From a virus (lineage: Duplodnaviria; Caudoviricetes), in IMG/VR virus record IMGVR_UViG_2711768659_000002, positions 6,897 through 70,896 of that record: 64,000 nt of DNA; one strand, 5' to 3'. This document shows positions 20,403 to 30,145 of this stretch, piece by piece. The notes below the pieces were generated by a model, which saw only the letters and a program-made list of their open reading frames with translations, was not told the DNA's origin and searched no databases. The translations under genes were made by a program, and so were the position numbers. Numbering within the stretch: position 1 is the first letter of the stretch; the number at the start of each line of letters is the position of its first letter.

Positions 20403-20813
20403 ATGGGTCGCCTTACTAAGGAGCCTGAACTCAGATATACAACAGGTAACAACACAGCAGTCGCAAGTTTTACTCTGGCTGTAAATAGGAGATTTGCGCA
20501 AGAGGGTCAGCCAAAGGCAGATTTCATAAACGTTGTGGCATGGAGTAAAACGGCTGAGTTTGTGGGAAAGTACTTCACAAAGGGAATACAGGTAGCTATA
20601 GTTGGCAGAATCCAGACAAGGACCTGGGATGACAACGAGGGTAAGAAGCACTATGTTACGGAGGTTGTAGCGGAGGAGGCTTATTTTGCAGATAGTAAGA
20701 GAAGCGGAGAGACGGGGGGCGGAAGTCCGGCACCCAGAACCTATTCCGAGAATCCTCCATCATCGGGAGATGGTTTCTATCCAATTGACGAGGATGATGA
20801 GCTTCCATTTTGA
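20403..20813 (+). CDS. ssb: Single-stranded DNA-binding protein
   Basis: GRLTKEPELRYT, ADFINVVAW, GRIQTRTW, acidic DDELPF tail; conserved N-terminus extends in frame to ATC at 20385. Confidence 0.95.
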   Translation: MGRLTKEPELRYTTGNNTAVASFTLAVNRRFAQEGQPKADFINVVAWSKTAEFVGKYFTKGIQVAIVGRIQTRTWDDNEGKKHYVTEVVAEEAYFADSKRSGETGGGSPAPRTYSENPPSSGDGFYPIDEDDELPF

Positions 20814-20829
20814 AAGGATGGTGTAAAGG

Positions 20830-21006
20830 ATGATAAAGAAAAAATCACGGTTTAAGCAATTGCTTTGTAAGCACAACTTTATACATGCAAGAAAAGAGAG
20901 CATGTATCATTCTATATCTGGTGAAACAATTTATATAGTCTGTGAGCATTGTGGGAAAGTTAAGTCCTCATATTACAGAGAATATGAGGGGATGGGATAT
21001 AAATAA
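20830..21006 (+). CDS. Hypothetical 58-aa protein (CKH...CEHCGK)
   Basis: AAGGA RBS; not in ORF track. Confidence 0.5.
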   Translation: MIKKKSRFKQLLCKHNFIHARKESMYHSISGETIYIVCEHCGKVKSSYYREYEGMGYK

Positions 21007-21137
21007 AGGATATTAGGCTATTACGTAAAGGAGTGAGGTAATTGGTTGATGCTGATAAACTCAAAAGTTTTGATTTTGATTCAGGAATTGGAAAAAGAAT
21101 CAGATAATTCGTGAAATGAATAGGAGGTGTGATATAA

Positions 21138-21293
21138 ATGAGTTTAAATTATTGCTGTGATTGCAGATTTATCAATTATTCAGAATTGAATCAAGAATGG
21201 CAATGCTGGAAGGATAACGGCTTCAACGAGGGATGCCCTTTAAATTATTCTCAAAGGGGTTGTAACGAATTTGAGCCCAAAGACATACAGTAG
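21138..21293 (+). CDS. Hypothetical 51-aa Cys-rich protein
   Basis: AGGAGGTG RBS. Confidence 0.5.
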   Translation: MSLNYCCDCRFINYSELNQEWQCWKDNGFNEGCPLNYSQRGCNEFEPKDIQ

Positions 21294-21295
21294 TA

Positions 21296-21529
21296 CTATT
21301 TTTTACTGGTTAAGTCTTTAGCAGTGGACGCTAGGTCAAAAATATCTCCCGCAATCCTGGATTTTTTTCGGGCAGACCTTCTACTATCTCCTGCTACTAA
21401 TGCAAATCTATATACTAACTTGCGGATTATTAATTTAATGATAGCCGGAACAAGCATTACAGCAAAAATCGGGAGAAATACCATTATGGGTTCCCGAAAA
21501 GCTTTTATAACCACAAATATATCAAACAT
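21296..21529 (-). CDS. Small membrane protein moron, antisense to the early operon
   Basis: AGGAGA RBS, own sigma-A promoter, one TM segment and basic tail. Confidence 0.75.
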   Translation of the reverse strand: MFDIFVVIKAFREPIMVFLPIFAVMLVPAIIKLIIRKLVYRFALVAGDSRRSARKKSRIAGDIFDLASTAKDLTSKK

Positions 21530-21561
21530 TTTGTTCTCCTATTCATGTAAATTTTACAAAT

Positions 21562-21590
21562 ATTATACAGCAGCCGACAAGTAATGTAAA
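21562..21590 (-). promoter_or_regulatory. Sigma-A promoter of the antisense moron
   Basis: TTTACA-17 nt-TATAAT on minus strand. Confidence 0.75.
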
Positions 21591-21642
21591 GCAGGGACAA
21601 GGAGATTCCAGTTCACATTCAAAGCATAGAAACATAGAAAGG

Positions 21643-22125
21643 GTGATTTATTTGAAAGCAATAACCATTTGGCAACCGTGGGCATCACTTATTGCTTGCG
21701 GAGCTAAAAAATATGAAACCAGGTCATGGCCGACCAAATACCGTGGGCCGATAGCAATACATGCAGCGGCACAGAAGCCAAGTAGTATAAGGGAAACCAT
21801 AAGATATATCATCGATAAAGTAAGGGCGGAACTTGGCATAATAGAACTGGATGATTTACCCAGGGGATGTATTATCGCCACGGCTGAGCTTATCGGCTGT
21901 TATCGGGTGTATGATACTTTAGATAATGGACTTCATATCGTGAAATGCCCGAATACTGCCTATGATTTTGACAAGGTGGAATATATACCACGTCAAGAGC
22001 AAAGCTTTGGCGATTGGGGAGAAGGTCGCTTCGCTTGGGAATTGGCAAACGTCAAGATGCTGCCGGAACCTATCCCTGCAAAAGGCCAACAAGGCCTTTG
22101 GAACTGGGAAGGTGATTCAGAATGA
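21643..22125 (+). CDS. ASCH domain protein
   Basis: ITIWQPWASLIACGAKKYETRSW..YRGPIAIHAA; PAKGQQGLWNW. Confidence 0.9.
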   Translation: MIYLKAITIWQPWASLIACGAKKYETRSWPTKYRGPIAIHAAAQKPSSIRETIRYIIDKVRAELGIIELDDLPRGCIIATAELIGCYRVYDTLDNGLHIVKCPNTAYDFDKVEYIPRQEQSFGDWGEGRFAWELANVKMLPEPIPAKGQQGLWNWEGDSE

Positions 22126-22688
22126 ATCCATTTAGTATAAGTGGGCATTGGAGGATAGACCCTGACAACCGGCAGGATAGAAAAGATGGAAGATGCCTTA
22201 TAAGAAAAATGACGCCAGAAGAAGTGAAAGAATACGGGCCTGCTACTGTTCAAGTTGAAAAAAGGAAATCAGAGATTGCCGCCATCCCGGGGATGGTCAG
22301 AAAGGACATATTCATGAAGAAGATTAAGAAAGAAAGACTTATTGAAATATGCAGTGAGCACGGATTCACTGCTGAAGCTTATAAAATAGCAGCAAAAGAA
22401 TTTGCTGTGTCTATAAGTAGCGTAAAGAATTATGTGTCTACAAACAATCTGAAAAGTGATGTGGTAGCCAAGAAGCTTCATGGTACAGAAGAATCATCAC
22501 TGGCGCAGCACAAGCCAGACATCTTGGCCGAGACACCATGTAGTGCAAATGAAGAGCTTGAGATTATTACGAGGATAAAATCAATCCTTCAGGAAAATCA
22601 TTCGCTAACTGGAGAGAATACAGCTCTGAAAGAAAATATGTCCAAGGTTAAGGCTGCCCTTGAAGACATACTAAAACTTATAGCCTAA
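22122..22688 (+). CDS. Hypothetical protein, possible HTH plus coiled coil
   Basis: Coupled ORF. Confidence 0.6.
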   Translation: MNPFSISGHWRIDPDNRQDRKDGRCLIRKMTPEEVKEYGPATVQVEKRKSEIAAIPGMVRKDIFMKKIKKERLIEICSEHGFTAEAYKIAAKEFAVSISSVKNYVSTNNLKSDVVAKKLHGTEESSLAQHKPDILAETPCSANEELEIITRIKSILQENHSLTGENTALKENMSKVKAALEDILKLIA

Positions 22689-22707
22689 AGGAAACGGGGT
22701 CATAAAT

Positions 22708-23238
22708 ATGTTAATACGGCCAGAAGAAATGAAGCATCTTTTGAAAAGCTTACCGGTTATAACAGTGGCCTGCGAGAGCATGAAACGAGGACTTGAAACA
22801 CTTGTGGAGGATGCAGACGAAGATATATATTCAGCCTGTATGAACGGCCCTGTTGTCGGGGGCGGTCTTCCAGGGCTCGGAGCAATATCAAACAAAACTG
22901 CCAGAATAGCCATGGAGTTTAGGTATGCTTCTAGGGAGAATGTGAAGCAGCTACAGAGAGATGTTACAACATTATGTAATGTCATTGAAGGCTTGAATTC
23001 AGGCATAAAAACGCTTACGAGAATGCAGAGAACGATATTAGGCTTCCGATACCAGGAAGGAGCCGAAACGCCGTGGAAAGATGTGGCGGTTGAACTCAAA
23101 AAAGCCGAGGTATTTATTAGCGTCAGCCATGCGAAGAGGATTTTTAATTACAGCATAGCACGGCTGATATCGGCGGCACAGATTTCAGTTGAAACGTACC
23201 AGGAAGTCATGGGGATAATGAAGGGGAGGGGCGAATAG
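22708..23238 (+). CDS. Probable late transcriptional activator (ArpU/RinA-like, sigma region-4-type HTH)
   Basis: Last gene of early operon; L..L...QR.IL..RY.......W..VA..L pattern. Confidence 0.65.
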   Translation: MLIRPEEMKHLLKSLPVITVACESMKRGLETLVEDADEDIYSACMNGPVVGGGLPGLGAISNKTARIAMEFRYASRENVKQLQRDVTTLCNVIEGLNSGIKTLTRMQRTILGFRYQEGAETPWKDVAVELKKAEVFISVSHAKRIFNYSIARLISAAQISVETYQEVMGIMKGRGE

Positions 23239-23247
23239 CCCCTTTTT
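23227..23247 (+). terminator. Intrinsic terminator ending the early operon
   Basis: aggggc-gaata-gcccct followed by T-run. Confidence 0.75.
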
Positions 23248-23343
23248 AGTTGATTGTACTCTTGGTTTTTACCTCATGTATCATCCAGGTAAGAGAAACA
23301 ACATTTATATCACTTGACAATAATAAAAAAATCTTCCCTCATA

Positions 23344-23373
23344 TTGACATTAGTATGTATTATATGGTAGTAT
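23344..23373 (+). promoter_or_regulatory. Sigma-A promoter of the toxin/peptidase operon
   Basis: TTGACA-18 nt-TAGTAT with extended -10 TG. Confidence 0.6.
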
Positions 23374-23409
23374 ACTTGCATAACTAATCAGTGCTATTTG
23401 GAGGTGCGC

Positions 23410-24063
23410 ATGAGTGATTTTAACGGTAAAGAGTTATTAGGGCAAGATTTCCCAAGGAAAATTCGAACAGAGTTTGTCAGAACAATTAAGCAATCATATA
23501 AAATTGTCAAAGTACTTGAAGGTGATTGGGATTATCTGGGTTCAATACTTGGGAGAAATATTATTACTTCTTTTAGCGATATAGTTGTTGAATGTGAATT
23601 CATGCGAAAAATTGACGAAGGAGAGTTGCCGTTTACATATAAAATACTTCCAAATAAAGCAGGGAGTCATTTTCACACAGAATTTTTGTCTGAGAATTTC
23701 ATATTTACAATAAGCCAAATCAATAGAAATGGCAAGTTGCCTCGAAAAGCAGATTTTCGTATAAATAACAGTCTTAATAATCAGATGTCAATATTTGAGG
23801 CATTCGAAAATGATTTAAAGCAAAGATATTATGCAATACTAACTCACGGCAAATATATAAGGGGTTTGAGCTTCGTTAACTTAGGAATACCTGACAATCA
23901 AAATGGAAACTGGTTAAATGATTGTTTAATGAGGTTAATGCCTGAACCATTTATTATAACAGAACCAGAAGCTGACTTAGTACCAGAAGAAGAGATAACT
24001 GATGAACGAATAGTATCGGCAAAGAAATATCTTAAAAAAAGGATGACAGGAGATGTCAAATAA
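23410..24063 (+). CDS. Putative toxin of a RosmerTA-like two-gene system
   Basis: AT-rich; overlaps HTH-peptidase gene; LPRKADFR..NQMSIF..YAILTHG..F..LGIP pattern recalled from partners of ImmA/IrrE-type genes. Confidence 0.6.
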   Translation: MSDFNGKELLGQDFPRKIRTEFVRTIKQSYKIVKVLEGDWDYLGSILGRNIITSFSDIVVECEFMRKIDEGELPFTYKILPNKAGSHFHTEFLSENFIFTISQINRNGKLPRKADFRINNSLNNQMSIFEAFENDLKQRYYAILTHGKYIRGLSFVNLGIPDNQNGNWLNDCLMRLMPEPFIITEPEADLVPEEEITDERIVSAKKYLKKRMTGDVK

Positions 24064-25201
24064 AAAAGTAATCCCTGAAAGGATAAGAGAAGCCAGAATA
24101 TCCAGAGACTTAACTACTACTCAATTAGCTGAATTATTGGGGATAACAAGGCAGTGCGTTTCTCAGTATGAATTAGGACATTCAGAGCCAACTCATTTAA
24201 TTTTAAGAAAAATGGTCGAGATTTTTGAATTTCCTGTAGGGTTTTTCTACAAACCGCTGCCTAGAACAAATGGGTTGGAGAGCATTACCTTTTATAGTCC
24301 TGCTTTTTTTAGAAGTTTAAAAGCGGCTAAAAAAAGCGGTAAAAACAAAGTAACAGTTAGAACAGATTGGCTAGAAGAGATATATCTATATTTAAAACAA
24401 CATGTGGATTTCCCAGAAGTTAAAGCTCCTGAAATGAGCAATTTTTTAACTGGTCAGGAATTAAGCCAAGACGAAATAGAAGATATAGCGGAGCATGTTC
24501 GGAGAAGCTGGGGGCTTGGAATAGGACCTATAAGTAATGTTCTGTTGCTATTAGAAAAAAACGGCTTTGTTGTTGCAAGAAACTCAATTAAAGACAAAAA
24601 AATTGATGCATTCTCCCAATGGAAAGGGGAAACTCCATATGTTTATTTAAGTTCAGATAAAGATTGTGCTGTAAGAACAAGGTTTGACGCCGCTCACGAA
24701 TTAGGGCATCTTTTGTTACACATTGATTCGGATCAACATAATTATGATGATGAAAATTATATAAAAACTATTGAAAAGGAAGCAAACAGATTTGCAGGTG
24801 CTTTTCTCCTTCCCAGAAACAGTTTTGGTCAAGAGGTAATGTCTACATCATTAGACCATTTTATTAATTTAAAACGTCGCTGGAAAGTATCTATTCAGGC
24901 AATGATTTGTAGATGTTCGGACCTTGGAATTCTTAATGAGAATCAAATTTTATATTTAAGAAAACAGATATCAATAAGGAAAATGAGGACAAATGAGCCT
25001 CTGGACGATGAACTTATTCCTGAAAGTCCGGTAATGCTAAAACAAGCAGTAGAAATAATGCTTGAAGATAACAGTCTTAATAATGAAAAAATTGTGGAGG
25101 ATTTATGTTTGCCAATAGAAGAAATAGAAGCATTAACTAATCTACCAAGAGGCACACTATCACTATCAGGTCATATTATCCCATTAAGATTAAAAAAGTA
25201 A
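24053..25201 (+). CDS. XRE-HTH plus ImmA/IrrE (Peptidase_M78) Zn-metalloprotease
   Basis: ERIREARISRDLTTTQLAELLG HTH; RFDAAHELGH (HExxH); EKEANRFAGAFLLP. Confidence 0.92.
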   Translation: MSNKKVIPERIREARISRDLTTTQLAELLGITRQCVSQYELGHSEPTHLILRKMVEIFEFPVGFFYKPLPRTNGLESITFYSPAFFRSLKAAKKSGKNKVTVRTDWLEEIYLYLKQHVDFPEVKAPEMSNFLTGQELSQDEIEDIAEHVRRSWGLGIGPISNVLLLLEKNGFVVARNSIKDKKIDAFSQWKGETPYVYLSSDKDCAVRTRFDAAHELGHLLLHIDSDQHNYDDENYIKTIEKEANRFAGAFLLPRNSFGQEVMSTSLDHFINLKRRWKVSIQAMICRCSDLGILNENQILYLRKQISIRKMRTNEPLDDELIPESPVMLKQAVEIMLEDNSLNNEKIVEDLCLPIEEIEALTNLPRGTLSLSGHIIPLRLKK

Positions 25202-25276
25202 GAATTGTCAGATCTTGTTTAAATACAAGGTCTGTTTTTTCCTATTTCCAAGGAATTCAAATATATTTTACAGCTA

Positions 25277-25304
25277 TTTACAATATTACTAATATTGATA
25301 TAAT
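25277..25304 (+). promoter_or_regulatory. Sigma-A promoter of secreted-protein moron
   Basis: TTTACA-16 nt-TATAAT with TG extension. Confidence 0.6.
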
Positions 25305-25326
25305 ATTCATAAAGGAGGGCGATTCC

Positions 25327-25932
25327 ATGAAAAAGTACATATCCGGATTACTCACAGGGTTAATAATAACAGTTCTGTCACTTGGAGCTTTTGCTGCGGC
25401 GGTAAAACTTGAAGCAGTGCCAAGTCCATTCCCAATACTGATAAACGGCTCAAAAGCCGATATACAAGCTTATAGCATAAAGGGTTCAACATATATAAAG
25501 TTGGCCGACCTGAAGGCTGCAGGTGTTGATGCTAAGTTCAATAGCCAGAAAAAGCAGATTGAGATAAGCCCTATGGCCAAGTCAACCACCGAACCTGCTG
25601 TCAGTGTTGGTTTGCCTGATTATACGGTTCCGGAGATTGATGGGTCTAAGCTTTACTATAATGTGACTGTTCTTGGTGATGAGGATGTGGAAGTAACTAC
25701 CTACGGCAGATATAGTGCAGTCAGATACAATGGCGATATTTACGTGGTTGAACGTGATCTGCATAAATTTAATAAAATAACAGTAAAAATTGAAAAATTA
25801 GGAGTAAGAAAGATATACATGGACGGGACACTGATTTTAGAAACTCGTAATGCCGACCCATTCAATTACGTAAATTATAACGGCACACCTTATTATAATA
25901 TAAAGTTCTTAGGAGAATACCTAGAGGAATAA
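25327..25932 (+). CDS. Secreted protein with copper-amine-oxidase N-terminal-like (stalk) domain
   Basis: Signal peptide MKKYISGLLTGLII..AFA; ILING.....AY.IKGSTYIKLADL. Confidence 0.7.
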   Translation: MKKYISGLLTGLIITVLSLGAFAAAVKLEAVPSPFPILINGSKADIQAYSIKGSTYIKLADLKAAGVDAKFNSQKKQIEISPMAKSTTEPAVSVGLPDYTVPEIDGSKLYYNVTVLGDEDVEVTTYGRYSAVRYNGDIYVVERDLHKFNKITVKIEKLGVRKIYMDGTLILETRNADPFNYVNYNGTPYYNIKFLGEYLEE

Positions 25933-25946
25933 CCCCTAGGTATTCT

Positions 25947-27707
25947 TTAATATATATTATGGGTTAATTCAAATCCTCCACTAGCAGACCATGTAACCAT
26001 ACCATTGACTGCGCCAGTTGCAGGGTCTACTGTTGCAATATGAACCCCAGGGCCAATGCCGTGATTATGTGGAGGTTGTAAGTGATTTTCTACAAGAATG
26101 CCATGTATTCTTCCACCAGAAGCTCTTTTGGGAGATAGGTAAATATCAGAATCTGACGATAGATCAATGCTTTTGCCATTCCGCGAATACAAAGACATGG
26201 CATCACTGGTATTATACTGCAGGCCGCCTTGCAGAGTATTATTGTGGTAGTATTGCAAATCTCCGAGGCCAATAGAACTGTCATTGGTGATTGATATTCC
26301 TGTCTTAACCAAACCTGTAGAATAGCTTGACAGACCATTGGTGGTTATTTCAAGTCTATTGCCGCTGCTGGATGTTCTGAGCAGCGCGCCAGTGATGGTC
26401 GTACCATTTATCGCTCCTCCATTGATTGTTGGTGATGTGATACTAATTGTCGCGTTGATAGTTCCGGCTGTAATTTTGTTTGCAGAGAGGTCATTAATTT
26501 TTGCGTTGGTGATGGTCAGATTCTCTATGCTATAACCGCTTATCTGTCCATTACCTTTGAAGGTATTATCAATAAATGAATTAGTCTCAAATGAAGCCTT
26601 AAGATTCTCTACAAGTCTTTCAACCGGGTCGCCAATTTCAAGTTCGCAAATCCAGGGTTTGAACACATTATATTTGTGCCGGTACAACCTCACCCGGGGT
26701 GTCTCTGGTGCAACCGATTCATCAGCCACATCAACCAAATCTCCGACAGCAAAGTCTTCATGGGAGTACTCGGGAAGAGTTCTGATGTCAACCATTTTGA
26801 CAGAGTATTTGTATCGAGGACGGCAGTTCATTAAAAGCTCAGCAGTACCTTTTTCTTTAAGCTCCTGGGCATTATATATGTCCTGGTTTTTATAAACACC
26901 GACATACTCTCTTGGAGTATAGCTGTTATTGGTCAGAAACTTCACGCCGCCATTCACAGAGGATATATCAAGGTCGTCATGTCCAAAGCAGTAAAGCTTA
27001 GTAACGAGCCGGTTACTTTGCGTACGGGTGATATGCTTCAAATTCTTTTTATACCTCACCTGAAATCCAGTATAATTCTGCCATTGTGAGCTATCCCTGA
27101 GATGCACAATCTTATTAACTGAGTCCCAAACCAGATGGCCTCCCCACAGGTTTTGTATCTGGCGTATGATAGTGAGCCGGTTATCCTTTTCCATTTCAAG
27201 GTCGTGTGTTCCCGGGACATCACAGATGCCGAGAGACCACCCAGAGCCCTGGAGCACAGCACGAAGGGCATGGGCCGCCGAACCTGTAGGGTATATGCCT
27301 CCGGATAAGTTTGTGCCGCCACCGACTATTATTACGGTGAGATCAGCAGGGTGGGGGATAGTTGGGTCATTTGTTATGTATGGCTCTACAAAGCTGGTTT
27401 CGAGGTTCTTCCATCTTTCGACCGCCATATACTTTGCCCACAGTCTGTTTTTATCATCACGGGTAGTGTCAGATGACTCAGATATCAACAGCGAATAAAC
27501 TCTGCCCCCGGCCCATATCTGACATTCCGGGGTAAGTTCAGAAATCTTCTCAGATGTTGCAGGTATCATGAATTCAAGTGTGCTTTCGGCATTCAGGCGG
27601 CAATCAATAAAACAGTCTTTTATGCTATCTTCATCATCATTTGGTGATAAAAAAGCGGCCCTTTGGCCGCTGCTTGTTTTCACCTCAATATATTTTGGTA
27701 TCTCCAT
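25947..27707 (-). CDS. Baseplate hub / tail-associated (Tal, prophage tail endopeptidase-like) protein
   Basis: YKKNLKHITRT...VTKLYCFG..L.I..VNGG...L.N pattern; follows Dit-like gene; GGAGG RBS at 27707 start. Confidence 0.8.
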   Translation of the reverse strand: MEIPKYIEVKTSSGQRAAFLSPNDDEDSIKDCFIDCRLNAESTLEFMIPATSEKISELTPECQIWAGGRVYSLLISESSDTTRDDKNRLWAKYMAVERWKNLETSFVEPYITNDPTIPHPADLTVIIVGGGTNLSGGIYPTGSAAHALRAVLQGSGWSLGICDVPGTHDLEMEKDNRLTIIRQIQNLWGGHLVWDSVNKIVHLRDSSQWQNYTGFQVRYKKNLKHITRTQSNRLVTKLYCFGHDDLDISSVNGGVKFLTNNSYTPREYVGVYKNQDIYNAQELKEKGTAELLMNCRPRYKYSVKMVDIRTLPEYSHEDFAVGDLVDVADESVAPETPRVRLYRHKYNVFKPWICELEIGDPVERLVENLKASFETNSFIDNTFKGNGQISGYSIENLTITNAKINDLSANKITAGTINATISITSPTINGGAINGTTITGALLRTSSSGNRLEITTNGLSSYSTGLVKTGISITNDSSIGLGDLQYYHNNTLQGGLQYNTSDAMSLYSRNGKSIDLSSDSDIYLSPKRASGGRIHGILVENHLQPPHNHGIGPGVHIATVDPATGAVNGMVTWSASGGFELTHNIY

Positions 27708-27732
27708 AAAAACATCTCCTCCTATTATTTTT

Positions 27733-28803
27733 TTATAACCATCTATCCTTCCAGCGGATAGTAACATTTTCTCCTGCTGTAACATTTGTTTCCCCGGGCG
27801 GCAGGGAAGGGAATGCTCCGTTATATCCAGACATAGCATTTGCTCCAGCTAACTTAGCAGTACCTGAACTTCCTTTTGAGATTATAACAAGGGTCTGGCC
27901 AGACGGGACCGTACCTGTATACGAAATGGTTTGGCCACCAATTGTTAACGAGGGGTTGATTACGGGACCGGCTATTTCAATTGTAATCGGGGTCTCAAAT
28001 GTCCCCCTATTAACAAGTATACCGCTGCCAGTAAGGGCATTCTCAAACGAACCCATTATAAAAGGGTTCGACATTTTAAAAGGTATTGTAAACTCAAACC
28101 ACGTTGGATACTGAGTAGGGTCAATTTTACCTGAGTACTTTACTACGTACGTTTTTTCGATATCATCAGAGAATATTAATGTCTTGGCACCTTTAGTAGG
28201 GTCAAGATACTTTGCAAAAAGTCTTTGGAGCTGGGCCTTTTCTAAAGGTGAATAGCCTTCATCTGTTGCAACGTGTAGGTCGAAAGCTCGGGAATTGAAT
28301 TCACTCCCAAAATCAAACTCACCATGCATACCCGGGATTTCATCAGTACTGTCCCTGGTGGATGGGATAAGTTCAAATCGGCTATCTCTTAGAACCATGA
28401 CTCCGAGAGGCTGAAAAATATCATTTGAATCTATAACAAAGAAGGCGCCTGCTACATTGGCATTATCAACGCCGTTTGCAGTCTCATTTACCTCAACCAT
28501 AGCCTTTATAGGGGATATGGTGTCGTCCCCGTTTGCCTCGTCAGATACACTTACAGTGGATGTTATAGACACTAATTCGCCAACGGAAGTTGACTGCTCC
28601 TTAAATTCGATATTTGCAATAAGAACTATAGAGTCTGCTCCTAATGCATCATCTGTAACATTTACTGCCGAAATAATATTTTTAACTTCATCTATTCCAT
28701 AGCCGGAATCCAATACTATTATTACAAATGGAGCAGAGTTATAACTTGCGCCTCCGTTTGCTATCCTTCGATTGTAAATTCTTCCTGAGTTATAATTCGC
28801 CAT
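27733..28803 (-). CDS. Distal tail protein (Dit-like) with N-terminal extension
   Basis: EIPGMHGEFDFG..F.SR.F.L, KTLIFSDD.EKTY.VKYSG, F.IPFKMSNPF, GTFETP..IEIAGP..NP. Confidence 0.8.
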   Translation of the reverse strand: MANYNSGRIYNRRIANGGASYNSAPFVIIVLDSGYGIDEVKNIISAVNVTDDALGADSIVLIANIEFKEQSTSVGELVSITSTVSVSDEANGDDTISPIKAMVEVNETANGVDNANVAGAFFVIDSNDIFQPLGVMVLRDSRFELIPSTRDSTDEIPGMHGEFDFGSEFNSRAFDLHVATDEGYSPLEKAQLQRLFAKYLDPTKGAKTLIFSDDIEKTYVVKYSGKIDPTQYPTWFEFTIPFKMSNPFIMGSFENALTGSGILVNRGTFETPITIEIAGPVINPSLTIGGQTISYTGTVPSGQTLVIISKGSSGTAKLAGANAMSGYNGAFPSLPPGETNVTAGENVTIRWKDRWL

Positions 28804-28855
28804 TTCTATCTCACCCCCGTTATTTCTTAGTAGACCTTAAATCAATATCAGAATA

Positions 28856-28999
28856 TTATCCAATGGCGCTTAAGATCTCCATCTTTTCTGACTCTATAAG
28901 TGCAGCATAATCTTGAATGATTTCTTCCGCCGTTCTTTGCTCCTGTGACATCCTGGCTTTAATAGCGTTTACAAATATGTTTTTCTTCCAAGTAAGCAT
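28856..28999 (-). CDS. Small 47-aa tail-region protein
   Basis: GGAGGTG RBS; MLTWKKNIFVNAIK...; typical tail-module tailpiece. Confidence 0.55.
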   Translation of the reverse strand: MLTWKKNIFVNAIKARMSQEQRTAEEIIQDYAALIESEKMEILSAIG

Positions 29000-29003
29000 A
29001 ATA

Positions 29004-29291
29004 TTATGTAGCACCTCCTATAATTGCTGCTATAGCCACAGTAAGGTCGTTAACTTGTTGCTGTAAACTATTTATTTGCAATTGTTTTTCTAAAAGCTCT
29101 ATTTGAATAATGCCAATTGCGGGATATATACTATAGCCATTTCCCGTGGGCTTATAACAATAATTAAGTATTCGGATATCGGAAAAGTCACCAAAAACCA
29201 TATATCTATCAACCTCTACTTGCGTAAGAGTACTGTCCGATATGCTGTTAATCTGCATTATTTCAAAATTTGAATTTATACCTATCAGCAT
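29004..29291 (-). CDS. Tail-region protein (possible fibre chaperone)
   Basis: C-terminal coiled coil SLQQQVNDLTVAIAAIIGG. Confidence 0.6.
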   Translation of the reverse strand: MLIGINSNFEIMQINSISDSTLTQVEVDRYMVFGDFSDIRILNYCYKPTGNGYSIYPAIGIIQIELLEKQLQINSLQQQVNDLTVAIAAIIGGAT

Positions 29292-29303
29292 AGAACCTCC
29301 TTT

Positions 29304-29828
29304 TTATTCAATCCATACTTTTGTTACATTTACGTTGAATCCATTGATACAAGAAAGAGTCACGAATAAACTTTGATTATTTATATTGGTGATATCAAAC
29401 AATATTGTTGTAATGCCTCCTGTGGTTTTTAGTTGTGCTGCTGCCAGGTGCGAAGGATTTGATGTTCCTGTTGGTCTCGAAGAGCTAAGAAAAATTTCAA
29501 AATAATCCGCAGCGCTCCCGCCTGTATTGGTTGATTGTGATAAGGTTACTCTTAGAGTTGTTACTGCTCCTAAGGGCACTGCAACTGCTGTTGAATAACA
29601 AGAAAAATTATACCCAAAGAGTCCACTGTTACCCGCAAATGCACTATTTATAAAAACATTATTGGCATTTTCTACTACTCCGCCACTTCCGCCGGTTACT
29701 CTATCCCATCCGCCCGTTAAGCCTACGCATTCATTACCAGCATCATAAAGGTATTTTTTATTATTGCTTGATACTCCACTTAATTTACCATTGCTAATAA
29801 GGCCCTGGCTCAATAAACCTCTGCTCAT
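29304..29828 (-). CDS. Tail fibre / receptor-binding candidate
   Basis: YLYDAGNEC..TGGW beta-rich domain; AT-rich. Confidence 0.55.
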   Translation of the reverse strand: MSRGLLSQGLISNGKLSGVSSNNKKYLYDAGNECVGLTGGWDRVTGGSGGVVENANNVFINSAFAGNSGLFGYNFSCYSTAVAVPLGAVTTLRVTLSQSTNTGGSAADYFEIFLSSSRPTGTSNPSHLAAAQLKTTGGITTILFDITNINNQSLFVTLSCINGFNVNVTKVWIE

Positions 29829-30145
29829 TAAGTGATCACCTCATTTACTCCCCAAATATAATAATCCATATCCGTTGCAACTTCGCCAGTTGCCTTTATT
29901 GTTTTGCCCGCTGTTACAGGTATATTTAAATTATCCTGTAATAACGTATCAAGTGTTGGCACCGGCCTTGCAGCAACAAATCTCTTGTCATCTATTTTTA
30001 GCGTTGCTTTTTTATCGGCGGCATTGCTATTGCTTATCCAAAATCCTCGCATGACAAAAGTAGTATTTGCTGATATTGTTGCAATTGTAACTTCACTTGC
30101 TGTTAGAGTACCGGAGTAAACTTGGTCTGTATATGTTTTAGCCAT
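29828..30145 (-). CDS. Tail structural protein
   Basis: Beta-rich; coupled in tail module. Confidence 0.6.
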   Translation of the reverse strand: MAKTYTDQVYSGTLTASEVTIATISANTTFVMRGFWISNSNAADKKATLKIDDKRFVAARPVPTLDTLLQDNLNIPVTAGKTIKATGEVATDMDYYIWGVNEVIT

